Shown piece by piece: positions 29,687 through 39,800 of a stretch of DNA of 64,000 nt (its first letter is position 1; each line of letters begins with the position of its first letter). The stretch is from Candidatus Alistipes intestinipullorum (lineage in GTDB: Bacteria; Bacteroidota; Bacteroidia; Bacteroidales; Rikenellaceae), in the NCBI GenBank assembly GCA_019113885.1, contig DXGO01000029.1, forward strand, positions 29,375 through 93,374, written 5' to 3'. The notes below the pieces were generated by a model that searched no databases, was not told where the DNA came from, and worked only from the letters and a program-made list of their open reading frames with translations. The position numbers and the translations under genes were made by a program.

Positions 29687-30067
29687 CTATTTTTTGTCGG
29701 CGCTGGTCATACGCTTCTCCTTGATGCGGGCCTTCTTGCCGGTCAGGTCGCGCAGGTAGTAGATGCGTGCGCGGCGAACGACACCGATCTTGTTGACCTC
29801 GATCTTGTCGATGTGGGGCGAGTAGAGCGGGAAGATACGCTCGACGCCTACGCCGTTCGATACCTTGCGGATCGTAAACATCTTGGTCTTACCCTGACCC
29901 TTGATCTGGATCACCACGCCGCGGAAGCTCTGGATACGCTCCTTGTTACCCTCGATGATCCGGTACGATACGGTGATCGTGTCACCGGCCTTGAACGACG
30001 GAATATCGGCGTCCGTCTTCGGCCACATCTGCTCGTTGACGAGCTTGATGATTGCATCCTTGTTCAT
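29687..30067 (-). CDS. rplS: 50S ribosomal protein L19
   Basis: [43 protein letters not shown]. Confidence 0.98.
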   Translation of the reverse strand: MNKDAIIKLVNEQMWPKTDADIPSFKAGDTITVSYRIIEGNKERIQSFRGVVIQIKGQGKTKMFTIRKVSNGVGVERIFPLYSPHIDKIEVNKIGVVRRARIYYLRDLTGKKARIKEKRMTSADKK

Positions 30068-30248
30068 TGTTGCAACAAAAATTTTGAATGTTTCGCATTC
30101 GACATTCCCGCTGTACCCGGACTACCATACGGCTCTTTGCCATAATCCTGCGGGTTGTGGAGGCATCCGTCCGGAGCTGTTGCCGGCCCTCACCCCCCCC
30201 CGCTTTTGCCGCAGTACCCAATGAAAGAGGTCGATATACGCCCTTGGG
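30068..30248 (-). ncRNA. Putative structured ~180-nt 5' leader RNA of rplS
   Basis: Lies between the promoter element at 30254-30261 and the ATG; several complementary segments found by eye (see findings). Confidence 0.45.
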
Positions 30249-30253
30249 GAGGG

Positions 30254-30261
30254 CAAAGGTA
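30254..30261 (-). promoter_or_regulatory. -7 promoter element of rplS
   Basis: TACCTTTG on the minus strand with CTTG 19 nt upstream. Confidence 0.7.
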
Positions 30262-30421
30262 GGAAGAAAATTCGTAAGAACAAGCCCCGGCGGGTGAAAA
30301 AATGCGATTTATGGCGTATATTTGCAGAGTTTTCGGCCGGGCGGGGCTTCTGACGGGGCTCAGAGGGTCTTTCGGCGAATGTCGGAGAAGCCGGCCGAAG
30401 CGAAGCAATTCACTGAAAACC

Positions 30422-31192
30422 ATGAATGAACGATTGATACTTGTCACCAATGACGACGGATACCAGGCCCGGGGCCTGGCTGCTGCGATCGAGGTTGCGC
30501 GTACGTTCGGCCGCGTTGTCGTCGTGGCTCCCGAGACCGCCCAGAGCGGCATGAGCCAGGCCATTACGATGCACAATCCTCTCTACCTGCGCCGGATGCG
30601 TCAGGAGGAGAGCCTTGAGGTTTATGCCTTTTCGGGTACGCCGGTCGACTGCCTGAAGATGGCCTTCGACTACCTGTTGCGCGACCGGCGGGTCGACCTG
30701 GTAATCTCGGGCATCAACCACGGCTCCAATTCGGCGGTCAACATTCTGTATTCCGGGACGATGGGCGCGGCGCTCGAGGGGAGCTTCTATGGATGTCCTT
30801 CGGTCGGGCTGTCGCTCGACGACCACAGTGCTGAGGCCGATTTCGATGCGGCGGTCGTCTACGGGCGGAAAATTGTCGGCGACATTCTTGCCGCACAGCC
30901 GGAGTTGCCGCTGTGCCTGAATGTCAATGTCCCCGTGGGGCGTCCCGAGTCGATCCGCGGGGTGAAGCTCTGCCGTCAGAACCGTGGGTTCTGGCGCGAG
31001 GAGTTCTACCGCCGTGAAGACCCTCGGGGACGCGAATATTTCTGGCTCACGGGCGAATTTATCGACGGGGAGCCCGAGGCGACCGATACCGACGAATGGG
31101 CCCTGCGGAACCACTATGTTGCGGTGGTCCCGGTGCAGGCCGACATGACCGATTATCGCCAGTTGAAAAATCTCTCGAACGTGCTGCGGTAA
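30422..31192 (+). CDS. surE: 5'/3'-nucleotidase SurE
   Basis: LVTNDDG, SGTPVDC, SGINHGSN, YSGTMGAA; promoter element TATATTTG at 30317-30324. Confidence 0.96.
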   Translation: MNERLILVTNDDGYQARGLAAAIEVARTFGRVVVVAPETAQSGMSQAITMHNPLYLRRMRQEESLEVYAFSGTPVDCLKMAFDYLLRDRRVDLVISGINHGSNSAVNILYSGTMGAALEGSFYGCPSVGLSLDDHSAEADFDAAVVYGRKIVGDILAAQPELPLCLNVNVPVGRPESIRGVKLCRQNRGFWREEFYRREDPRGREYFWLTGEFIDGEPEATDTDEWALRNHYVAVVPVQADMTDYRQLKNLSNVLR

Positions 31193-31243
31193 CGGTTTTT
31201 TATGTTATCTTTGTAAAGGTATGCCTCATAACCTCCCGCGCCT

Positions 31244-32215
31244 ATGTTGATCAAATGCCTGCTCATCCTCTCGATTCTGATCCAGACCGTCGCCACGGTT
31301 TATGCCCTGCGGCTGGTGCGCACCACCAAGTACAATTCGGTCTGGATTCTCTTCATCGTGGGCTTCTCGCTGCTGTCGGTCGAGCGGCTTGTGCAGTTGC
31401 TGATCGCTACCGGGCAGTACGTCCCGCGCTGGTGGTTCGCCTACCTGGGCATTGTCATCTCGATCTGTCTTTCGATCGGTGTGATGTACGCCCACAAGCT
31501 TTTCAAGTACATCGACAGGCTCAATCGCCAGCGGACGCTGCTCAACAAACGGATTCTGACGGCCGTGCTGCGTACCGAAGAGAAGGCGCGCTCGCGTTTC
31601 TCCAAGGAACTGCATGACGGCCTTGGCCCGTTGCTGTCGTCGGCCAAGATGTCGCTCACGGCGTTGTCGCGGGACGAACACAGCGCCGAGCAGCGCGAGA
31701 TCATCGAGAATACGACCTATGTCATTGACGAGGCGATTCGGTCGTTGCGGGAGATTTCGAACAACCTTTCGCCGCACGTGCTCAATGACTTCGGGCTGGC
31801 GCGCGGCGTGCAGCACTTCATCGACCGCAGCGTGGCGATGCACGACGTGAAGATCCGTTTCACGACCAACCTTCGCTCGGAACGTTACGATTCGGACATC
31901 GAGGTGATTCTCTACCGCGTGATCTGCGAGTTGATCAACAATTCGCTCAAGCATGCCGCCTGCAAGTCGATCAACCTGTCGCTGTCGCAGAACGGCCCGG
32001 AGCTGTCGCTCGACTATTCGGACGACGGCCGGGGGTTCAATCCCCAGGCGATGATGGACTGCGGCATGGGACTGTCGAACATCTCGTCGCGGATCAATTC
32101 GCTGGGCGGGACCTTCGATATCAGCTCTTCGAAAGGCAAGGGCATGCGGGCCGCCATCCGGATCAATACGGCGCAGGAGTCCGCGCCGAAACCCCGACGC
32201 CGACGTCGTCGTTAA
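31244..32215 (+). CDS. Membrane sensor histidine kinase (HisKA_3/NarX-like)
   Basis: Three N-terminal TM helices, KELHDGLGPLLS H-box, ELINNSLKHA, DDGRGF, GMGLSNI; promoter element TATCTTTG at 31206-31213. Confidence 0.92.
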   Translation: MLIKCLLILSILIQTVATVYALRLVRTTKYNSVWILFIVGFSLLSVERLVQLLIATGQYVPRWWFAYLGIVISICLSIGVMYAHKLFKYIDRLNRQRTLLNKRILTAVLRTEEKARSRFSKELHDGLGPLLSSAKMSLTALSRDEHSAEQREIIENTTYVIDEAIRSLREISNNLSPHVLNDFGLARGVQHFIDRSVAMHDVKIRFTTNLRSERYDSDIEVILYRVICELINNSLKHAACKSINLSLSQNGPELSLDYSDDGRGFNPQAMMDCGMGLSNISSRINSLGGTFDISSSKGKGMRAAIRINTAQESAPKPRRRRRR

Positions 32216-32227
32216 TCATCTCCAGCC

Positions 32228-32872
32228 ATGAATCCCGCCTGCAGCATCATATTGGTTGACGACCATTCGCTTTTCCGCAACGGCCTCAAGGGGCTTTTGG
32301 AGCATTGTGCCGGTTGCCGGGTCGTTGGCGAGGCCGCGAGCGGCGAGGAGTTCCTGGCCATGCTCGACGGGGAGATCGAGGCGGACATCGTCTTCATGGA
32401 TTTCGCCATGCCGGGCCTCGACGGTGCCCAGACGACCGAGCGGGCTTTGGCCCGTCGTCCCGATCTGCGGATCATTACCCTGTCGATGTTCGGTGAGGAG
32501 AGTTACTATTCGCGGATGGTCGAGGCCGGGGCACGCGGTTTTCTGTTGAAGGACTCGGACATCGACGATGTGATCGAGGCGATCCGTACGGTGATGGCGG
32601 GCGGCAGTTATTTCTCCCCTGCGCTGCTCTCCTCGCTGGCCGTTCGCATGCGGACGCGCAGCGACGTGCCCGACGAGGCGTTGTCGTCGCGCGAGCGCGA
32701 AATCCTGGTGGCCGTTTGCCGGGGCCTGTCGAACCAGGAGATCGCCGACGAACTCTTCATCTCGAAGCGCACGGTCGACAAGCATCGGGCGAACATCCTC
32801 GAGAAGACGGGCTGCAAGAACACCGCCTCGCTGGTAGTCTATGCCATCCGCAACGGCATTGTGGAGCTGTAG
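32228..32872 (+). CDS. NarL/LuxR family response regulator
   Basis: LVDDH, FMDFAMP, GFLLK, LSSREREIL, GLSNQEIA..ISKRTV..H. Confidence 0.95.
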   Translation: MNPACSIILVDDHSLFRNGLKGLLEHCAGCRVVGEAASGEEFLAMLDGEIEADIVFMDFAMPGLDGAQTTERALARRPDLRIITLSMFGEESYYSRMVEAGARGFLLKDSDIDDVIEAIRTVMAGGSYFSPALLSSLAVRMRTRSDVPDEALSSREREILVAVCRGLSNQEIADELFISKRTVDKHRANILEKTGCKNTASLVVYAIRNGIVEL

Positions 32873-32995
32873 CCCCATCTTTTTCCTCTTTTTTCCTCCT
32901 TTTTCCTCTTTTATACGTTCCCTTCCTGTATTCACCCCTTTGTATCCCTTTTTCGTCCTTTTCAGACCCTAAAAGGCGATCGTCGGGGTGAAAAA

Positions 32996-33036
32996 TTTGC
33001 ATCTTTGACAAATAACGCATATATTTGTTCATACAT
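32996..33036 (+). promoter_or_regulatory. Sulfatase promoter with an overlapping GntR-type operator
   Basis: TTTG (32996-32999), 20 nt spacer, TATATTTG (33020-33027); palindrome TTGTTCATACAT at 33025-33036. Confidence 0.7.
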
Positions 33037-33060
33037 ATAATACAATATAAGGACAATATT

Positions 33061-34656
33061 ATGCGAAAATCGGTATTCATGGGAATTGCCCCGTTTGTCC
33101 CGGGGCTGTGCCTGGCGCAGGCGGATTCCGGACGGAGTGCTTCCGAACCCGACCGCCGGCCCAACATCGTCTATATTATGACCGATGACCACGCCTGCCA
33201 GGCGGTCGGCGCCTACGGCCATCCGATTGCGCGGCTGGCCCCGACGCCCAACATCGACCGGCTGGCCCGTGCGGGAATCCTGTTCCGGGAGTCGTTTGTC
33301 GAAAACTCGATTTCGGCCCCCTCGCGCGCCACGCTGTTGACCGGCATGTACAGCCACCATCACGGCCAGACGACCCTTCAGTACGGGATCATGGATACGA
33401 CCTGCGTCCATTTTCCCGAATTGCTGCAGGAGGCGGGCTATGAGACGGCGCTGTTCGGGAAGTGGCACCTGAGCATCGAACCGAAGGGTTTCGACTGGTA
33501 CGATATCTTTTACGACCAGGGCGAATACTACAATCCCGTGATGCGGACGCCCGAGACCGATGGCGCCTACCTCCGGCAGGAGGGGTATGCGACGCAGATC
33601 GTGACCGACCATGCCCTTGCCTGGCTCGATGCGCATCGGGAGGACGGCCGTCCCTTCTGCCTGATGATCCATCACAAGGCCCCGCACCGCAACTGGATGG
33701 CCGAGCGTCGCTACCTTGAGCTCTACGAGGATGTCGAGTTCCCCGAGCCGCCGACGCTTTTCGATGACTATGCAACGCGTGGGGATCAGATGCGGCAGCA
33801 GCAACTCACCATCGACAAACACATGGGTTATGCGTTCGACTTCAAGGTCGAGGAGCTGAAGGATGAGCCGACGCTGCCCTACATTCGGGCCAGCTGGGAT
33901 CTGGCGATGCAGACGCTGACGCCCGAGGAGCGGCAGGCCTGGGACGAGGCTTATGCGCGTATGAACCGTGATTTCCTGGCGCAGCGGCCCGAAGGCCGTG
34001 ACCTGTTACGCTGGAAGTACCAGCGTTTCATCCACGACTATTGCCGGACGATCCGTTCGGTCGACGACCAGATCGGCCGGGTGCTCGATTACCTCGAGGC
34101 GCACGGACTGGCCGAAAACACGATCGTCGTCTATGCCTCCGATCAGGGATTCTTCCTGGGCGAACACGGCCTCTACGACAAGCGTTTCATGTACGAGGAG
34201 GCGTTCCGCACGCCGCTCATCATGGCATGGCCCGGCCATATCCGTCCGGGTACGGAGTGTCGCGAACTGGTGCAGAACATCGACTGGGCCCCGACGTTGC
34301 TCGACGTTGCGGGAGTCGTACCACCGGCCTCGATGGACGGACGGTCGCTTGTTCCGCTCTTCGGCAACGGCCGGGCGAAAGGGTGGCGACGTGCGCTCTA
34401 TTACCAGTATTACGATTATCCGGCCGTGGGGAATGTCCGTCTGCACTATGGCATCCGCACCGACCGCTACAAGTTGATCCACTGGTACGGCCCGGGGGAG
34501 GCGGGAGACCCGGATATCGACTGCTGGGAGTTGTACGACCTCAAGCGCGATCCCCACGAGGTGCACAATGTTTGCGACGATCCTCATTACCGGAAGGTTC
34601 GGGCGCGGCTTGAAGCGCAGCTCAACCGCGAACGGCAGCGGATCGGGGCGGAGTAA
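33061..34656 (+). CDS. S1 family Ser-type sulfatase, probably S1_11-like hexosamine/hexose-6-sulfatase
   Basis: RPNIVYIMTDDH, SISAPSRATLLTG (SxPxR), GKWHL, HHKAPHRNW, SDQGFFLGEHGLYDKRFMYE. Confidence 0.92.
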   Translation: MRKSVFMGIAPFVPGLCLAQADSGRSASEPDRRPNIVYIMTDDHACQAVGAYGHPIARLAPTPNIDRLARAGILFRESFVENSISAPSRATLLTGMYSHHHGQTTLQYGIMDTTCVHFPELLQEAGYETALFGKWHLSIEPKGFDWYDIFYDQGEYYNPVMRTPETDGAYLRQEGYATQIVTDHALAWLDAHREDGRPFCLMIHHKAPHRNWMAERRYLELYEDVEFPEPPTLFDDYATRGDQMRQQQLTIDKHMGYAFDFKVEELKDEPTLPYIRASWDLAMQTLTPEERQAWDEAYARMNRDFLAQRPEGRDLLRWKYQRFIHDYCRTIRSVDDQIGRVLDYLEAHGLAENTIVVYASDQGFFLGEHGLYDKRFMYEEAFRTPLIMAWPGHIRPGTECRELVQNIDWAPTLLDVAGVVPPASMDGRSLVPLFGNGRAKGWRRALYYQYYDYPAVGNVRLHYGIRTDRYKLIHWYGPGEAGDPDIDCWELYDLKRDPHEVHNVCDDPHYRKVRARLEAQLNRERQRIGAE

Positions 34657-34748
34657 TGTCCGAACAAAGCGTCCTGCCGGTACCGGCCGGCAGGCGAAAC
34701 GCTGCCAAATATTGCACGCGGTATGTGTCTATGACAAATATGCATGAT

Positions 34749-34794
34749 TTGTTTATACAATATGTATAGTCATACAAAAAAAGTAGTATCTTTG
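34749..34794 (+). promoter_or_regulatory. gntR promoter with operator
   Basis: Palindrome TTGTTTATACAA at 34749-34760, half-site ATAGTCATACAA at 34766-34777, TATCTTTG at 34787-34794. Confidence 0.65.
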
Positions 34795-34831
34795 CTATGT
34801 ATTGACTATCTTACTACTAACCCGAACAGCT

Positions 34832-35563
34832 ATGATACTACAACTCGATCACAACTCTTCGAAACCGCTGCACCAGCAGGCCGAAGATTTGCTGCGCGTG
34901 ATGATCCAACAGGAGGAGTACCGCAAGGGCAAGCTCCTGCCGAATGAAGTCGAACTCTCCGGGATTCTGCACATTTCGCGCAATACCCTTCGCCAGGCCA
35001 TCAACAAACTTGTATTCGAGGGCCTGTTGATTCGCAAGAAGGGCTACGGTACGACCGTGGCGCCGCAGAATGTCATGAGCAATGCCCGCAACTGGATGAG
35101 TTTCTCGCAGGAAATGCACGCCTTGGGCATGGAGGTGCAGAACTTCGAGCTGCACATCAGCCGCAAATCGGCGCCGTCCGATGCCGTCGATTTTTTCGGA
35201 GTGCGCGAAGGCGCGAAGCTGTTGTGCCTGGAGCGGCTGCGCGGACGTCCCGGCTTGCCGTTCGTCTACTTCATCTCCTATTTCAATCCGACGATTCCGA
35301 TGACCGGCGAGGAGGATATGTCCATGCCGCTGTACGAGAATCTAAGGAAAAACTACGGCATTGTCGTCAAGACCTCGCGCGAGCGGATCTATGCCCGGGC
35401 CGCCAGCCACGAGATGGCCGAGAAACTCGATATTTCGGAGGGTGATCCCCTGTTGGTGCGCAAGCGTTTCGTGCTGGATGCACACGATGTGCCCGTCGAG
35501 TACAACATCGGTTACTATCGGGCCGACAGTTTCACCTATTCGATCGAATTTACGAACGATTAA
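34832..35563 (+). CDS. GntR family (HutC/UTRA) transcriptional regulator
   Basis: LPNEVELS..ISRNTLRQAI..L..EGLL.RKKGYGT wHTH followed by a UTRA domain. Confidence 0.93.
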   Translation: MILQLDHNSSKPLHQQAEDLLRVMIQQEEYRKGKLLPNEVELSGILHISRNTLRQAINKLVFEGLLIRKKGYGTTVAPQNVMSNARNWMSFSQEMHALGMEVQNFELHISRKSAPSDAVDFFGVREGAKLLCLERLRGRPGLPFVYFISYFNPTIPMTGEEDMSMPLYENLRKNYGIVVKTSRERIYARAASHEMAEKLDISEGDPLLVRKRFVLDAHDVPVEYNIGYYRADSFTYSIEFTND

Positions 35564-35592
35564 CCAAAACATTCTTTTTTCCTACTGCAACA

Positions 35593-36744
35593 ATGAACAA
35601 ATCCCTATCCAAACTTCTGCCGGTGCTGTTCGGCTTTTTCGTCATGGGCTTCTGCGATGTCGTCGGTATCTCGACGAGTTACGTGCAGAAGGATTTCGGT
35701 CTGAACGAAACGGTGGCCGGCTTCATCCCGTCGATGGTCTTCGTGTGGTTCCTGCTGCTTTCGATTCCGGCGGCCGTTGCGATGAACCGCATCGGACGTA
35801 AACGCATGGTGCTGGCCAGCAATGTCATCACGCTGGTCGGGATGCTTATCCCCTTCGTGGACTACAACCTGACGACCTGCATGGTGGCTTTCGTCCTGCT
35901 CGGCGTGGGCAACACGATCCTGCAGGTGTCGCTGAACCCGCTGCTTACGAACGTGGTCAAGGGCGAGGCGCTGACCAGTTCGCTGACCGTCGGTCAGGTC
36001 GTGAAGGCCGTCTCCTCGTTCTGCGGTCCCTTCATTGCGTCGTTCGCGGCGAGTGTCCTCGGTAACTGGCAATACCTCTTTCCGATCTTCGCCGGCATCA
36101 CGCTGCTGTCGACCCTTTGGCTGCTGTCGGTGCGCATCCCCGAGACCGCACCCGAGAAGGGCGGCTCCTCGATGGGCGCCGCCTTCTCGCTGCTCGGCGA
36201 CCGGACGATCCTGTTGCTCTTCCTCGGCATCTTCTTCGTCGTGGGCGTCGACGTGGGGACGAATACCGTAGCGCCGAAGCTGCTGATCGAGCGTTGCGGA
36301 TTCGGCGTCGAGCAGGCCGGTTACGGTTCGAGCGTCTACTTCGTGTGCCGTACGATCGGTGCGCTTGTCGGGTCGATCCTGCTTGTCCGGATCAGTGACG
36401 TGTCCTATTTCCGCGCCAACATCCTTGCGGCGCTGGCCGCGATCGTTGTGCTCTTCTTCGTCCAGGGGACCGTGGCGATTCTCGTGATGGTGGGACTCAT
36501 CGGATTCTTCTGCTCGAGCATCTTCTCGGTAATCTATTCTTCGGCGCTCAAGCGGCGTCCCGAGAAGGCCAACGAAATTTCGGGCCTGATGATTATGGGG
36601 GTTTGCGGGGGTGCCGTTATCCCGCCGCTGATGGGCGTGATGGCCGATACGTTGCATTGCCAGATCGGTTCGCTGCTGGTCATCACCGCTTGCCTGGTCT
36701 ATCTGGTGGGCTGTTCGCTGTGGCTCGGGCGCTCGCGCGGCTGA
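35593..36744 (+). CDS. MFS hexose transporter
   Basis: ~12 TM; GFCDVVG, QVSLNPL, VGVDVG, ISGLMIMGVCGGAVIP. Confidence 0.88.
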   Translation: MNKSLSKLLPVLFGFFVMGFCDVVGISTSYVQKDFGLNETVAGFIPSMVFVWFLLLSIPAAVAMNRIGRKRMVLASNVITLVGMLIPFVDYNLTTCMVAFVLLGVGNTILQVSLNPLLTNVVKGEALTSSLTVGQVVKAVSSFCGPFIASFAASVLGNWQYLFPIFAGITLLSTLWLLSVRIPETAPEKGGSSMGAAFSLLGDRTILLLFLGIFFVVGVDVGTNTVAPKLLIERCGFGVEQAGYGSSVYFVCRTIGALVGSILLVRISDVSYFRANILAALAAIVVLFFVQGTVAILVMVGLIGFFCSSIFSVIYSSALKRRPEKANEISGLMIMGVCGGAVIPPLMGVMADTLHCQIGSLLVITACLVYLVGCSLWLGRSRG

Positions 36745-36787
36745 TGCTGCGGACCGTTCCCGCCGTCGGTCGGCGATAATAGACGGT

Positions 36788-36832
36788 AAAAAAGGAGCGG
36801 GGAGTGAATCAATTCACTCCCCGCTCCTTTTT
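36788..36832. terminator. Bidirectional terminator with a 21-bp perfect inverted repeat
   Basis: AAAAAGGAGCGGGGAGTGAAT-ca-ATTCACTCCCCGCTCCTTTTT between convergent genes. Confidence 0.88.
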
Positions 36833-36871
36833 CAGTATTTGGGGCCGGAACTCCGAATCCCCTGAGCGACT

Positions 36872-39800
36872 TTACTCGAGGCCCCACTCCTTGTTGGGCT
36901 CAGGCCCCATCTCGACGATCATCTCCCCGCCGCGGAGCAGCTCCGATGCAGGGAAGCGGAACGATGTGAGGGGTTTCCCGTTGAGTGTCACACGCTGCAC
37001 GTAAATGTTCCTGCGCGAGGCGTTCGGGGCTTTGATCGTGAAACTCTTGCCGCGTCCGTAACGCTCCCCGAGGTCGATGACGATCTCCTCGAAGGCCGGG
37101 CTGGCAATCTCGTACATCGGCTCCACGGCGCATCCTCCGTCGATCTGGAATAACCCGAGCGAGGCCATGACGGCCCAGGCGCTCATCTGTCCCTGGTCTT
37201 CGTCGCCGAGGTAGGCGTTGGCGATGCCGCAGCCGTAGTAGCGGTCGAGGATCGAGCGGCTCCACCGCTGGGTGTTCCAGGGCTGTCCGGCGTAGTTGAA
37301 CAGGTAGGCGAAGTGCATCGACTGCTGGTTGCCCTGTACGACGGGATGGTCCCAGTATTGGTCGTTGGGGGCGTTGTAGCGCCAGGCCTCATCCTGGTTA
37401 AAGCCCCAGAGCAGCCGGTCGGTGAATCGCTTGTGGCCGATCTTCTCGACCAGTGCCGGCACGTCCTGCGGCACAAAGAAGGTGAGCTGCCAGGCGTTTC
37501 CTTCGACGTAGTGCTGGTTGGCGCCGCTGCGGAACGGATCGAAATCCTTCATCCATTCGCCCTTGCTGTCACGCATGTGGCAGTAGCCCTCGTCGCTGAT
37601 GACGTTGCGCCACCAGTAGCCGCGGTCGTTGAAGGTGCGGTAAGTCTCTTCGTCGCCCAATGCCTTGGCCAGCTGCCCGACGGTCCAGTCGTCGTACGAA
37701 TACTCCATCGTGTTTGAGAAACGCCCCTTGTCGTAGGGTACGTAGCCGTATTTCATGTAGGCCACCAGGTCGCGGTTTCCGGCGAATCCCTTGAATACCT
37801 TCTGCGCGGGGGTGGTTTGCATCTTCACGGCCGCTTCGAGAGCCTTGTGGGCGTCGAAGCCGCGGATCCCCATCTGCCAGGCGCTGACGATCAGCGGGAT
37901 TTCATGCTCGCCGACCATCACGGGAATGTAGTTCATGCCGGCCGGGCCCTTGGCCAGCCATCCGTTGGCGTCGTACATCGCCAGCTGTGAGTTGACCCAC
38001 CGCTCCGACCACTCGGGCGTGACGAGGTTCCACAACTGGTTGAGGTTCCAGAAGGTGTTCCAGAAGGCGTCGCATCCGAGCATCACATCCTTCGACGGGT
38101 CGGCCACGCGGCGCACCTTTCCGTCGGTCGACACCCAATCGCCGTTGACGTCGCTCCACGTGTTGCGGCTACACAGCGCGCGGTACATGTTGTTGTAGAA
38201 GCGGACCTTCTCCAGCCGGTCGTTGGTAGAGATTTTCACCCGGGCGAAGAGGTCGTTCCAGGTGTCGACCTGGTGCTGCCGGACGGCGTTGAAATCCCAA
38301 CCGAAGGGCTCCGAAAGCTCCGTGCGGAGGTTCTCGTCGGCGTTCTCCACGCTCACGAGCGAGATGCCCGAGCGAACCTGAACCACCGGGTTCCGTGCCG
38401 GGTCGAAGCGTACGAAGAGTCCGGCATAGTTGCATGCCCCCGTTTCGAGACCTTTTGCATCGTCGGTCACCGTGTCGTCACACCAGGTGCCCAATCCCTC
38501 GATCGGCCGGTCGAATTCGATGACGAAATGCAACGTGTAGTCCTGGTCGGCATCGGTGCTCCACACGCCGGGCGAGAATTCGTGGCACGACCCCTCGATC
38601 CGTCGGTCGCCCACCTGTTTTACCGAGACGCCTTTGAGCTGGATGCCATATTCGGTCTCGGGGCGCAGCTCGATGAGGATGCGTCCTTCGCCGCGGTCCG
38701 TCGGGAAGGTGAAGCGTTCGAACCCGCAGCGGGTCGTGGCCGTCACTTCGGCCTTGATGCCGTAGTCGGTCAGGTCGGCGGCGTAGTAGCCGATTCCGGC
38801 CTCTTCGGTCCGTTTGTCGATGCGCGAGCGGTAACCCTCATCGGGTTTCTGCTCATCACCCACACGGGTCATGAGCGGGCCGTTGGCGGCCATGATGCCC
38901 AGCCCGCCGAGCGTCCACTCGTGGATGTGGCTGAAGCATCCGATGTTCTCGAACGACGGCTGATAGCCGGCCTGCCAGCCAGTATTCTGGTTGTCGGGGC
39001 TCATCTTCACCATGCTGAAGGGCATCCATGGTCCGGGGGCGATCATCCAGCGCGAATGTGCCGTTCCGATCCGTGTGTCGACATATCCGGCCGGTGTCTG
39101 CTGCGGCTGCGGCGTGCGCACGACACTCCCGCGTGCGACCTCCTTCCCGTCGGCGAAGATGGCGTAGCGGCTTGTCTTGCTGCGTTTCACGGCCGGCATC
39201 GGGGCCTCCAGCTGGTAGCGTCCGGCTTCGATGCGCTGGCTGAGAATCTCCCGTCCGTCGAGCTCCACACGCAGGTCGGGCGTTCCCGACAGGTGCTCGA
39301 CGTCCACCAGCAGCGGCTGGCTCTTGCCGAGCTGGTAGTCGGCGGCCGAGACGTTGCGGATGAACGCTCCGGCGGGCTGTTCCGTACGGAGTCCCGCCGG
39401 GCCGAGCAGGGCGATGCGGTCGAAGAGAATCCACGATCCTTCGAGTACGGTGATAACCACTTCGTTGCCGCCTTCTCGCAACGTGTTTTTATATAAAGGT
39501 ATGGAGAGGCGTTTCGGGGTGGCCTGTTCCATGTGTCCCGTGATGGAGAGCGTATCGACGATCGGTTCGTTTTGCCGCGGTTTGGGCTGTTTTGCCAAGT
39601 CGTAACCCGGGGCGTCGAGCTGGAACTTGGCGTCCTGTGCGTTGACGCTCACCTTCACGAGGGGCAGGAATTTCTTGGCATAATCCGTCAGGTCGATCTC
39701 GAGCGAGCAATCGCCTTCGGGGGTGCGGTCGAGTCCGAAGAGAATCGTCACCTGGTGGGTTCGCCATCCCGAGGTCGGCCAGGTTCCGCCCCAGGTATCC

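Noticed and set aside
36788-36832. 21-bp perfect inverted repeat as an IS end or invertible-promoter repeat
   Set aside because: Two-base loop with A and T tails between convergent genes fits a bidirectional terminator
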